A stretch of DNA of 64,000 nt from Candidatus Bilamarchaeaceae archaeon (GCA_038851325.1 JAWCKZ010000004.1:26372-90371), one strand, 5' to 3'. Positions 50,630 to 59,553 are shown, counted from the first letter of the stretch. Numbers and translations: made by a program. The notes: generated from the sequence alone by a model not told the origin.

Positions 50630-51190
50630 GCGACCGTAGTCTAGAGGTCCTCTGGCTTCGGTACTTCCGACAGCAAGAGGAATGGGCGATGGTTAGGATA
50701 TTGGCTTCCCAAGAACCTTTTGGCTTTATGTTTTCTAAGGGCAAAAGGTTCCCAAAACCCTGAGATAAAATTAAGGTGTTTTGGTTTTCTAAGGGCAAAA
50801 GGTTCCCAAAACCCTGAGATAAAATTAAGGTGTTTTGGTTTTCTAAGGGCAAAAGGTTCCCAAAACCCTGAGATAAAATTAAGGTGTTTTGGTTTTCTAA
50901 GGGTAAAAGGTCCCCAAAACCTTGAGGAGAACTTAGGTTGCTCATAGGGATTCTCTAAGGGAGGGGATCAGGAGGAGCCTCAAACTGAGGGGAACCGTAG
51001 GTTCCCTGCGGTTCGGGCAAAAGGTTCCCAAAACCATGAGGAGAACTTATGCCCTTGAGTTTTCCAAGGGCCTTTGATGAAACTTTTGTCATAGAGAAAA
51101 CAAGGGTCAAAAGTTTTAGGAGAGAGCCAATGACTCGGGTTCACTGCAGCAGTTGTCTCTGCTGTAGGCCCAAAAATCCCGACGGTCGCA
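50630..51190 (+). tRNA. tRNA-Gly(CCC) with three introns: 45 nt at 15/16 (50645-50689), 413 nt at 37/38 (50712-51124), 31 nt at 56/57 (51143-51173)
   Basis: Acceptor GCGACCG/CGGUCGC plus A73; anticodon stem UUGGC/GCCAA with spliced loop UUCCCAA; T stem UCGGG/CCCGA; BHB helices GUCU:GGGC, UUCC:GGAG, GGGU:GCCC; spliced length 72 nt. Confidence 0.9.
50731..51049 (+). repeat. 54-nt tandem repeat (3 exact copies, 1 degenerate, 1 detached partial) inside the tRNA-Gly intron
   Basis: ttttctaagggcaaaaggttcccaaaaccctgagataaaattaaggtgttttgg at 50731, 50785 and 50839; variants at 50893 and 51015. Confidence 0.95.
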
Positions 51191-51265
51191 ATCAATTTTT
51201 AATAAACTGTTAGTATGGTATTTAAAAGGATGGTATTTAAAACTTTTTGATACAAAATACCACTT

Positions 51266-52465
51266 ATGGCTTTAGTTCCATTAATAGGCAAAAAACCAAA
51301 TAAGCAGCTTAAAAGAACCATCTCAGAAATAAAAGAGTTTGATGAGAAATCGTGGAGGATATTCAAAGGCACAGGGCTTCAACTGAGACCTGGTTCTATA
51401 ACAAAGGTTGCGAGTCAGGCGTACCCAAACTGGGGATTTGAAATAACAAAAGAAAATAAAGAAGAACTAAAAGCATTGGCTGAAAGTTTTTATGAAAAGG
51501 ATTTGAGAGAAAAGGAAGAAGAAGGAAAAAGTGTTGATGAGAATAAGATTTCGATACAACCATATTCGGTTTATATAACTGCTGCTACTCGCGTGGTTGC
51601 CTCTTTGATAACAAACATCATACAAACGCTGGCAAAAGCAAGAAAGAAAAAAGAATGTGTTTTTAAGGTTTGTGAGCTCGGAACAAAACACGGAGCGCTT
51701 ACAGTAGTAACATCTAGCGCACTCTGGGGAGTAAACAAACGTCTGCTACAACAAACCCAATTTTATCTTGTTGATCCATCAAGAAAACAACTCGAAAAAG
51801 CCAAAGACAATCTTCTTTTCTACGGTCTTAACGAGATAGAAAAAACCGGGAGCGGTGGTTTTTCTCTTGAGCACAAAAGAGATGAAGTGTTCTTCTCAAC
51901 ACGAGAAAAGAATGAGTTTGATGTAATAGTCTCATTTTTTCACTGCCACAACAAACCATTTACTGACCATTTAGAGGGGATATATAACGCATTAAAACAA
52001 AACGGCGTGTTCATAATCGCAGATGTTTACTCGCCTATGTGGCAGCATCCTGTATTTGTCTATGAACTATTACGTGACATGGAAGCCGGAGAAAAAATCT
52101 TGGAAGAATTTAAAGAGTATTTCTCCATGGACGTAGATTATGGCGAAAGGATTGAGCTAACTAAAAAAGAGTATAAATCTCTCAGAGACCATCGCTGGTA
52201 TTGGCTGAGCGTATTAAAAGAAATAAGGGAAGGTGGATACAGAAAAGAAAAACCAATTTTCTTCCTGGAAGCTCACGAAACGCTAGCGCAAAGGATAAAA
52301 AAGCTACGTGATAACAAGTTCTCTATTGAGAATAAAGAAGTTTCTAGATTCTACCAAAATCTCTTAGGCGAAGGGCGACTAGCGATCTCAACAAATCCGT
52401 ATTACGTAAAGTATAATTCAGAGTTTATCACAGTGATGGCTGCAGTAAAAAAGGAAGGTGAATAA
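51266..52465 (+). CDS. Divergent class I SAM-dependent methyltransferase-like protein
   Basis: VCELGTKHG (motif I-like), FYLVDPS, FDVIVSFFHCH, LKQNGVFIIAD. Confidence 0.65.
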   Translation: MALVPLIGKKPNKQLKRTISEIKEFDEKSWRIFKGTGLQLRPGSITKVASQAYPNWGFEITKENKEELKALAESFYEKDLREKEEEGKSVDENKISIQPYSVYITAATRVVASLITNIIQTLAKARKKKECVFKVCELGTKHGALTVVTSSALWGVNKRLLQQTQFYLVDPSRKQLEKAKDNLLFYGLNEIEKTGSGGFSLEHKRDEVFFSTREKNEFDVIVSFFHCHNKPFTDHLEGIYNALKQNGVFIIADVYSPMWQHPVFVYELLRDMEAGEKILEEFKEYFSMDVDYGERIELTKKEYKSLRDHRWYWLSVLKEIREGGYRKEKPIFFLEAHETLAQRIKKLRDNKFSIENKEVSRFYQNLLGEGRLAISTNPYYVKYNSEFITVMAAVKKEGE

Positions 52466-53759
52466 AATGCAGCCAACCACGCAGCACCCAACCGAAGGGA
52501 TATCTCAAAAAGGAGAGATTAATAAGCTTGTAAGAGCTGTCAAAGAACTGACTGATGTATTGCCGATTCCACTGGGGCACATCTGGAGAATAAGCGTGCA
52601 TTCGCTTAAGAATTACGGAATATCAGTGACTGACGAGAATAAAGAGTGGCTGGAAGAGCGTTCGCTTGAAAGTTACAAGCACGAGTGGGAAGAAGCAAAC
52701 CCTCTCATTTACAAAGCGATTCACAACGCTGTTTCCGAGAGCGGTCTCGGGCACGGAAATGATAGTTTAAACACCCAACTCGCTCTTTTTGCAGTTGAAG
52801 TGCTAACCAGAATAGCTGAAACAAAAAAACGTGGTGAAGAAATTGTAGTGTATGACATTGGCGCTGGAATAGGGGCCACTACAGGATCAGTACTGAATGA
52901 AATAAAAATGAGGGACAGGTCCTTATTGAAAAAGTTATGGGTTGTGCTTGTAGAACCTGCACGAGAAAGCATACGACAATTAGAAGCCCTGATGAAAAAG
53001 GATAAAGAAAGAGATATACCAGGTGAATTCACGAATGTGAGAAGTACAATAATAGAGGACACAGACGAGTATCTCGCTCAAGTAAGAAGAAACAGCGTTG
53101 ACCTGTTGGTGTCAAACGCAGCATTTCACCACAAATCATTCCCGACTCACCTATACGAAATTTCACAAATTTTAAAGTCAACTGGAGCTTGCATAATTGG
53201 GGATTGGTATACTGAAGTTTGGTCGAAGCCGAAGTGGTTGGCGTACATAATGAGAGAGGCTTTAAAGGCTGATAAAATAAACCTTCCCGGAAGCAGGAAA
53301 ACAGTTCTTGAAGCTTTTATGGAAAACTTTTGCATAAGCTCTTTTGATGAGATACAGGAAAGTTGGGATAACGCACCCGAGGACGTGAAAAAAAGAAATA
53401 ACGGAATGCTCTTTTATATAAAGAACTTGGCAAAGAATATAGCAGAGGCGCGTGAGCAGATGCCAGAGAAAAGACTAAAAGGATTGTATCTTTTAGAAGC
53501 CCATCGCTCGCACGAAGATTTTCTCAAAGAAGCTGAGGAAGCTGGGTTAATAAATCCGAAGAAAATCAAAGGATCCGATCGCAATGACCTATGCAATACT
53601 TCGAAAACAGACATAGTACCTTACATAGATGGGTTTGCTTGTGTGGATGTTTTATGCAAGAAGAACATTGAAAGAGAAAAAGCCGTAAAATTCATAGGGT
53701 CGCGCGGAAAGCAGCACAAGAAACATAAAGAAAAGAAAAAAATCAAAGTAGTTTATTAA
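52458..53759 (+). CDS. Class I SAM-dependent methyltransferase-like protein (paralog of upstream gene)
   Basis: VYDIGAGIG, LVEPA, VDLLVSNAAFHH, LKSTGACIIGD. Confidence 0.75.
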   Translation: MNKMQPTTQHPTEGISQKGEINKLVRAVKELTDVLPIPLGHIWRISVHSLKNYGISVTDENKEWLEERSLESYKHEWEEANPLIYKAIHNAVSESGLGHGNDSLNTQLALFAVEVLTRIAETKKRGEEIVVYDIGAGIGATTGSVLNEIKMRDRSLLKKLWVVLVEPARESIRQLEALMKKDKERDIPGEFTNVRSTIIEDTDEYLAQVRRNSVDLLVSNAAFHHKSFPTHLYEISQILKSTGACIIGDWYTEVWSKPKWLAYIMREALKADKINLPGSRKTVLEAFMENFCISSFDEIQESWDNAPEDVKKRNNGMLFYIKNLAKNIAEAREQMPEKRLKGLYLLEAHRSHEDFLKEAEEAGLINPKKIKGSDRNDLCNTSKTDIVPYIDGFACVDVLCKKNIEREKAVKFIGSRGKQHKKHKEKKKIKVVY

Positions 53760-55036
53760 AAAATAACGATTTCTTCTTCGCCCACAAATCCCAAAAGCGG
53801 TTTCGGAATTTTTATTGTTTTCTTGTTTTCCTGATAATTTTCCATTATTGCTATCAATGTTCTTCCAACTGCAAGCCCGCTTCCATTAAGCGTATGGACG
53901 AAGTGTAGTTTTCCGTCGCTACCCCTATACTTTATGTTTGCACGCCTTGCCTGAAAATCACCGCAATTTGAGCACGATGATATTTCGCGATAACGATTCT
54001 CGCTTGGTATCCAGACTTCAATGTCATATGTCTTTGTTGAAGCAAAGCCCAAATCTCCGGTGCAAAGCGCGACCACTCTGTATGGAAGTTCGAGCAACTG
54101 GAGAATGCGCTCAGCATCCCTCGTCATACCTTCCAGTTCCTCATAGCTGTTATTAGGATGAGCGATTTTCACAAGCTCAACCTTATCGAACTGATGCTGT
54201 CTCATCAAACCGTGGATATCCTTTCCGTAGGCACCTGCTTCCCTTCTAAAACATGGAGTAAACGCAGTTAACCTAAGCGGAAGGTTTTTTTCTTCGATAA
54301 TCTCGCCAGCATAAAGATTGGTAAGTGGAACCTCCGCAGTGGGTATAAGCCAGAGATCGTCTTCAGCGCATTTGTAGAGTTCAGATGCGAACTTGGGCAA
54401 CTGGCCAGTAGCAGTAATTGTTCTTGTGTTAACGAGGTATGGAAGGGCAAACTCTGTATATCCATGGGTTACCTGAACAGAAAGCATAAAATTTATCAAC
54501 GCGCGCTCAAGTTTTGCCATTGGTCCTTTTAAAACAGTAAAGCGATGCTCAGCAAGTTTCACACCACGCTCATAATCTATCAGATCTGTCTTGTTGCCTA
54601 TCTCATAATGCGAGAGCACATCATCTGCTTTTTTCTTTGGCGTTCCCCACCGCCTAATCTCAACATTTGCGCTCTCGTCTTTTCCGATAGGAACGGAATT
54701 GTGCGGAATTGCTGGAAGAAGAAGTAAGAGTTCGTCGCGCCTTTTCTCTAACTCACAAGTCATTTCTTCTATCTCTTTTATTCGCTTGCTTATACCAGCA
54801 GACTCTCTGATATCGGAGTCTGCGCTTTCACCTGCTTTCTTTTTTTTGATAATGTCTGCGTTCAACTTATTTCTTTTTGCACGAAGCACCTCTTCCTCCT
54901 TTTTAATATTGCGCCATTCAGCATCAAGCCTAATGATCTCTTCCAGAACATTAAAATTTTCTCTTGGATAATTTCTTTTCTCCAATGCATCTTTAACCAC
55001 GCCAGGATTCTCTCTTATAAGATGGATGTCAAGCAT
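53756..55036 (-). CDS. serS: Seryl-tRNA synthetase
   Basis: MLDIHLIR, LIPTAEV, FRREAG, QFDKVE, EISSCSNC, HTLNGSGLA. Confidence 0.96.
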   Translation of the reverse strand: MLDIHLIRENPGVVKDALEKRNYPRENFNVLEEIIRLDAEWRNIKKEEEVLRAKRNKLNADIIKKKKAGESADSDIRESAGISKRIKEIEEMTCELEKRRDELLLLLPAIPHNSVPIGKDESANVEIRRWGTPKKKADDVLSHYEIGNKTDLIDYERGVKLAEHRFTVLKGPMAKLERALINFMLSVQVTHGYTEFALPYLVNTRTITATGQLPKFASELYKCAEDDLWLIPTAEVPLTNLYAGEIIEEKNLPLRLTAFTPCFRREAGAYGKDIHGLMRQHQFDKVELVKIAHPNNSYEELEGMTRDAERILQLLELPYRVVALCTGDLGFASTKTYDIEVWIPSENRYREISSCSNCGDFQARRANIKYRGSDGKLHFVHTLNGSGLAVGRTLIAIMENYQENKKTIKIPKPLLGFVGEEEIVIF

Positions 55037-55040
55037 AGCC

Positions 55041-55583
55041 TCACTTTTGATACATATCACAAATACTTTGGAGTGCAGCGACCGCCTCTTCAAGTCTACC
55101 CTGCCTATTGTTTATTATGACAGCGGGAGCGCCTGTGAAAGCAGAATATGCAGCCAGGAATGCCTTGTTCATCGCATCGTGGAGCGCAACATCGTCAACA
55201 TCTCGCCTTCTCGTCGGGTCGGTGGCTCTTCTCATCTCTATTTCCTTTGGATCTGCTGTTATGAGTACAAGAGCATCAACCTTCAAGCCCTTAAGGAAAT
55301 CAAATGGCAAGCCAGGGTAATAGCCACTTGGTGTGCTTATGGAGCAATGCGTATCTAGGATTATCTTTCCCTTTTCCTTTGCCAACCGCTCTGCGACGAG
55401 CTTCTGCGCCGCTTTCTGCTTTTCTATGGGCAATTTGCGCATTTCATCCCGATCTTTTATGCCATATTTCTCTTTTTCTATTTCTAGCATGAGATCTCCA
55501 TAGTTTAGAATTCTGTAATCCGTCCTGAGCCCTTTAAGAACGGTACTTTTTCCAGCGCCAGGCAAACCCATAACGATTATCAT
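55041..55583 (-). CDS. adkA: Adenylate kinase (archaeal type)
   Basis: GLPGAGKST, NYGD, RDEMRKL, DTH, GYYPGLP. Confidence 0.93.
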   Translation of the reverse strand: MIIVMGLPGAGKSTVLKGLRTDYRILNYGDLMLEIEKEKYGIKDRDEMRKLPIEKQKAAQKLVAERLAKEKGKIILDTHCSISTPSGYYPGLPFDFLKGLKVDALVLITADPKEIEMRRATDPTRRRDVDDVALHDAMNKAFLAAYSAFTGAPAVIINNRQGRLEEAVAALQSICDMYQK

Positions 55584-55601
55584 ATCTTCACCTCAAAGCG
55601 C

Positions 55602-57035
55602 TCACCCGTGCGCAATCTTTCCAAGGACAGGATAAAGCTCAAACATCTGCAGCCTTTCCATTTGCTCATACATTCTGTAGAGAATACCTACTGTAAGAAG
55701 AATACCGGTTCCAGTTCCAAGAGCACCAGTAAGGTCTGCGAGCCCTGCAAGCAAGCCTATAGAAAATGAACCAAGAATAGTAAGAGGATAAATATGCTTC
55801 TGCAGTATGTTTTCAATCATTCGAGGATCTCTCCTAAAACCAGGTATTTGAAGACCAGAACTGCTCAACTGGCCCGCAACGCTCTTTGCATCCATGTTTG
55901 CTATCTCAACCCAGAAAGTACCAAAAAGAACTGAGAAAAGAGATAGGAACATAATATAAGTAATCGCATGGACCCACTCTGGTATGCCGAAGTATGGCGT
56001 GTGCGCTGTAAGAAGAATAGACCAGTACTCCACCGTTCCCCTTCCACCCGCGTAAATCGGGGTTATAAAATAAAGCAAACCATCCCGAAGATGCCCTGTA
56101 GAGTCAACGGCTCCTATTACCTTTACAATATCAACATCAGTACCTGGAAGTATATAACTTAGGCCACCGAGACTGGCCGCGAATAGCTGGATATTCAGTA
56201 GAAGAGCACTTGCAAATATAACAGGAATATTTGAAACATAGAAGAATTTAAGCGGCAGTTTTGGCACGAGCCCCCTGACACGTTCGAATGCTATCGGAAT
56301 CTCGACCCGAATGCTCTCAGCGTAAACAACTACAAAGAATACCAACATCGTAAATATAAATGGCATAAGTGCAAGTATGGCGTTAGGAAGCGCCTCCGCA
56401 CCTCCCTCCGAGATTGCGGACACCACTCCCCCAGAACCAAAAACGAGCGTCACAAGGCCGCTCATTATTGAATACGAAACACCAGCAGCGATAAACAAAC
56501 CAACAGCGCTTCCAACACCATATTTGGTCAGTATCTCATCAAGATAGATTATAATTATCGAGCCCAGTGCTATTTGGAACACAACAAGAACCGCAACAAG
56601 TTCAGGTGAAAGCCCAGAAATCGTATCCAACACTGTTCTTCCCGTCATTACAAATATTGCTCCTTCTACGAATGCAAGCGCTATGGCAAGCACCTTTTGC
56701 GCTTCAAGAAATTTTTTTCGTCCTTCTTTAGATTTTATATCAACATTTATAAGGCCAGCACCCATAAAGAGTTGAAGAAAGATGCTGGCAAAAACAATAG
56801 GACCAATACCTGCTGTAAGCAGCCCTCCTATTCTTGAAGCAGTTATGGTTTGTAGAAAATCAAATTCACCAGCAGTGTGCTTAACTCCAAAACACACAGT
56901 GTGGTACATCAAAAAATATAACAAAAGAGCTATCCCAGTCCACATAATGCGCTCTTTTGCGGTGGGAGCAATTGCCGGTTGCTTTATTTCAGGTAGATAG
57001 GAGGCAATTGCATGCGCAACATCAAAAAGTCCCAT
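55602..57035 (-). CDS. secY: Preprotein translocase SecY
   Basis: GIGPIVFASI, KFFYVSNIPVI, QIPGFRRD, GTGILLTVGI. Confidence 0.96.
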   Translation of the reverse strand: MGLFDVAHAIASYLPEIKQPAIAPTAKERIMWTGIALLLYFLMYHTVCFGVKHTAGEFDFLQTITASRIGGLLTAGIGPIVFASIFLQLFMGAGLINVDIKSKEGRKKFLEAQKVLAIALAFVEGAIFVMTGRTVLDTISGLSPELVAVLVVFQIALGSIIIIYLDEILTKYGVGSAVGLFIAAGVSYSIMSGLVTLVFGSGGVVSAISEGGAEALPNAILALMPFIFTMLVFFVVVYAESIRVEIPIAFERVRGLVPKLPLKFFYVSNIPVIFASALLLNIQLFAASLGGLSYILPGTDVDIVKVIGAVDSTGHLRDGLLYFITPIYAGGRGTVEYWSILLTAHTPYFGIPEWVHAITYIMFLSLFSVLFGTFWVEIANMDAKSVAGQLSSSGLQIPGFRRDPRMIENILQKHIYPLTILGSFSIGLLAGLADLTGALGTGTGILLTVGILYRMYEQMERLQMFELYPVLGKIAHG

Positions 57036-57058
57036 TCCCTTCCCTCTTTAACAATGAT

Positions 57059-57478
57059 CTATTCTATCTTCGATATCTCTCCACCGACAGCTCTTATCTT
57101 TTCCTCAGCCCTTTTGCTCCAGCAAATTGCCTTTACGACAACAGGCACGGATATCGAACCAGTAGCCAAAATTTTTCCTCTAAATTCATAGTAATACTTA
57201 CCCTCTCTCTTTTCCAACTTACCATGTGCAGCGCTTGCGTTTATCTCATAAATGTGCGATACAGGGATTTCTGTCTTTACACCATGGCGAACAAAACCGT
57301 GCTTTCCAAAGTAATCCTTTGCATATGCAGTTACATAGCTAAACTTGTGCTTCCCCATTCCAGCCATTCCCCGACCGCCACGCGTTCCTCCGCCTCTTGC
57401 TGCTTTTTTATTTCCATGACCATGAGTCCTTCCGGCTCCGAGATATTTTCTTTTGCTTTTTGCTTTCCTCTTTGGCAT
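57059..57478 (-). CDS. rpl15: Ribosomal protein uL15
   Basis: RTHGHG...RGGRGMAG..KH. Confidence 0.93.
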   Translation of the reverse strand: MPKRKAKSKRKYLGAGRTHGHGNKKAARGGGTRGGRGMAGMGKHKFSYVTAYAKDYFGKHGFVRHGVKTEIPVSHIYEINASAAHGKLEKREGKYYYEFRGKILATGSISVPVVVKAICWSKRAEEKIRAVGGEISKIE

Positions 57479-57518
57479 ACGAAAATCACCTTATATGATC
57501 ATATTCATTATTTTATTC

Positions 57519-57950
57519 TTATATCATCCTATTAAGTAGGGTAGCGATATCATCCCGCGCGCCAAGATCTCCTGCTGGATACGAGAGCTTTATGTTCTTA
57601 TAACCTTTCCTGGGCGGGTGAAGACAGAAAACTGGGTCTACGATATCCTGTATTTTCTTTTTACCATCAAAAATATCTCTTGCCGCTTCTTCTAGTTTCT
57701 CTTTCTCCATAAGCTCTCTTACCCATCTTGAGCCTTTTTTTCCTTTTTTGTATAGGAGCTTAAAGAGCATATCGCTGTCTATCTTTCCAAATGTTACGTA
57801 GTCTTTGACAACACTAAGCATCCCAAGGTACTGAGGTGTCTCTGGCACCACGACACAGTGGTTTGGTTTAAAAAGATTTAGCATCTCAAGTGTTTTTCTT
57901 ATCTTTGGCTTAAGCTTCCGCGTTCCTCTTATACGAACAACTGCAATCAC
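57519..57950 (-). CDS. rpl30: Ribosomal protein uL30
   Basis: AVVRIRG, LHPPRKG. Confidence 0.93.
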   Translation of the reverse strand: MIAVVRIRGTRKLKPKIRKTLEMLNLFKPNHCVVVPETPQYLGMLSVVKDYVTFGKIDSDMLFKLLYKKGKKGSRWVRELMEKEKLEEAARDIFDGKKKIQDIVDPVFCLHPPRKGYKNIKLSYPAGDLGARDDIATLLNRMI

Positions 57951-57968
57951 ATCATCACCTCACACTAT

Positions 57969-58595
57969 TCACTTTGCAGGCTCTTTGAGAGTGTTTAAAG
58001 AATCTATCGCTTTTAATGTGGCCATAGCCATGTTATATGTATTTGAGCCTCCTATTGTGCGACTCCATATGTCCTGCACTCCTGCGATTTTAAGAACTTT
58101 TTTTGCGACATCGTTTGCTGCAAGGCCAAGCCCCCTTGGTGCAGGTTTAAGCGTTACAACCGTACTGCCTTCCTTACCAACTGCTCTTTGCGGTATGGAA
58201 TGAGGTCTGCTACACTTACACTCCCAGCTTCCGCATCCTGTTTTTACAGTTATCATATTCTTTTTTGCGTTTCGTATCGCATAGTCCATAGCTGGCTTCA
58301 GCTCTTCGCTTTTTCCAACGCCTATCCCAACGTGACCCTTCCTGTCCCCAATAACCACAACAACCCTAAACTTTGTTCTTTTTCCGGAGTCTGTCACTCT
58401 TTGGGTTGCGCGAACCTCTAAGGTCTCAGCCTCAAGATCTGGCATGAGAACATCTATTATCTCTGGCTCAAGAATTGGTTTTCCCATTTCCACTATCTGC
58501 TCAAGACTTGTTATCTCACCGTTCTTTACCATCTTCCCGAGTTTGGTCTTTGGCTCCCAACTTTCCTTATCAATCGGTTTTATCTTTTCTGCCAT
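57969..58595 (-). CDS. rps5: Ribosomal protein uS5
   Basis: WEPKTKLG, GCGSWEC, PAPRGLGL. Confidence 0.95.
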   Translation of the reverse strand: MAEKIKPIDKESWEPKTKLGKMVKNGEITSLEQIVEMGKPILEPEIIDVLMPDLEAETLEVRATQRVTDSGKRTKFRVVVVIGDRKGHVGIGVGKSEELKPAMDYAIRNAKKNMITVKTGCGSWECKCSRPHSIPQRAVGKEGSTVVTLKPAPRGLGLAANDVAKKVLKIAGVQDIWSRTIGGSNTYNMAMATLKAIDSLNTLKEPAK

Positions 58596-58602
58596 AGAAA
58601 TA

Positions 58603-59103
58603 TCACCTTATTTGTGCAATCTTATTCCTAGCATCTTCAAACAAAGCCTTTATTTTTTCTGGTGGGTTAGAAAGTTTTTTTTCGGGTATTTTCTCTGGGT
58701 CAAAGTTCGTTTCAAGTCCAGAGTCCACAGCGCCCTTAAGGGCAGCAAAAACCACCGCACCATTACTTGGTGTATGCATGCCAATATCTAAGACAAACTT
58801 TTTCACGCCTTTTTTTGCCGCCTCTTTCCCTGCGAGCATTCCCGCTAGATAAGCGCTCCATACATTCCTTTTTGCGTCCCAGCCAAGTACCTTTTTTAGT
58901 CTTGCACCATCGACAGTGATTATACATCTATCTCCTTCTGGAAAGAACTCAATAAACTGAACGCGAACGTAGCGGTTCGACTTTCTTACCACCATTCGCG
59001 GTAAACCACTTTTTATGTATGCTAATCGCTTATCAAATCTTGTTTTTCCTTCTCTTCTTCTCCTAAATGAAACCTCATAAGTAGGTCCTTTTGCTCTTGT
59101 CAT
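58603..59103 (-). CDS. rpl18: Ribosomal protein uL18
   Basis: FRRRREGKT, LDIG, KGAVDSGL. Confidence 0.94.
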   Translation of the reverse strand: MTRAKGPTYEVSFRRRREGKTRFDKRLAYIKSGLPRMVVRKSNRYVRVQFIEFFPEGDRCIITVDGARLKKVLGWDAKRNVWSAYLAGMLAGKEAAKKGVKKFVLDIGMHTPSNGAVVFAALKGAVDSGLETNFDPEKIPEKKLSNPPEKIKALFEDARNKIAQIR

Positions 59104-59549
59104 TTTTGTTCACCTTTTTTTGGAAGTGCAAAATCTTTTGGTATGAGCCCGCTATCTTTCAAATATGTGAGCATTGCTCGTTTGCTTCTAAATGCGTTAC
59201 CTTTTATTTTCATGTAAACATCCCTCTTATTCTTCTTATCGAGAGCGCGTAGTTCAATGAGAAGTCGCAGAAGGCGCCTCTGCGAACGGATCTTTTCCAT
59301 CCATTCTTTTTTTCTATTTATGTCTTTGCTTCCTCTCACGCTTCCAGAGCCGCGCCTTCTCTTTGGCTTTTTTGCTAGCCTTCCTTTTTTTGGTTTCACG
59401 GTGATTATTTTCTTCTCTATGAGTCCACGCACATCGGCGCGCGTCATCGCCTTTGTAACTTCAGTCATCTTTTCAGAATCGAAGCGAATTCTCTTTTCTC
59501 CAACGCCGAGAATATCAGCAGCGAGTCTTCTTATGGTGTCCACTGACAT
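59100..59549 (-). CDS. rpl19e: Ribosomal protein L19e
   Basis: RRLAADILGVG..RI, GSVRG, WMEKIRSQRR. Confidence 0.94.
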   Translation of the reverse strand: MSVDTIRRLAADILGVGEKRIRFDSEKMTEVTKAMTRADVRGLIEKKIITVKPKKGRLAKKPKRRRGSGSVRGSKDINRKKEWMEKIRSQRRLLRLLIELRALDKKNKRDVYMKIKGNAFRSKRAMLTYLKDSGLIPKDFALPKKGEQK

Positions 59550-59553
59550 GTTC

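Noticed and set aside
50731..50938. CRISPR array
   Set aside because: Units are head-to-tail identical with no unique spacers, no cas genes are present, and the array lies inside a tRNA intron
50601..51195. ORFs 50601-50945(-), 50720-50947(+) and 50980-51195(-)
   Set aside because: They overlap the tRNA-Gly gene; the first two stay open because the 54-nt repeat is a multiple of 3; no recognisable domain or ribosome-binding site
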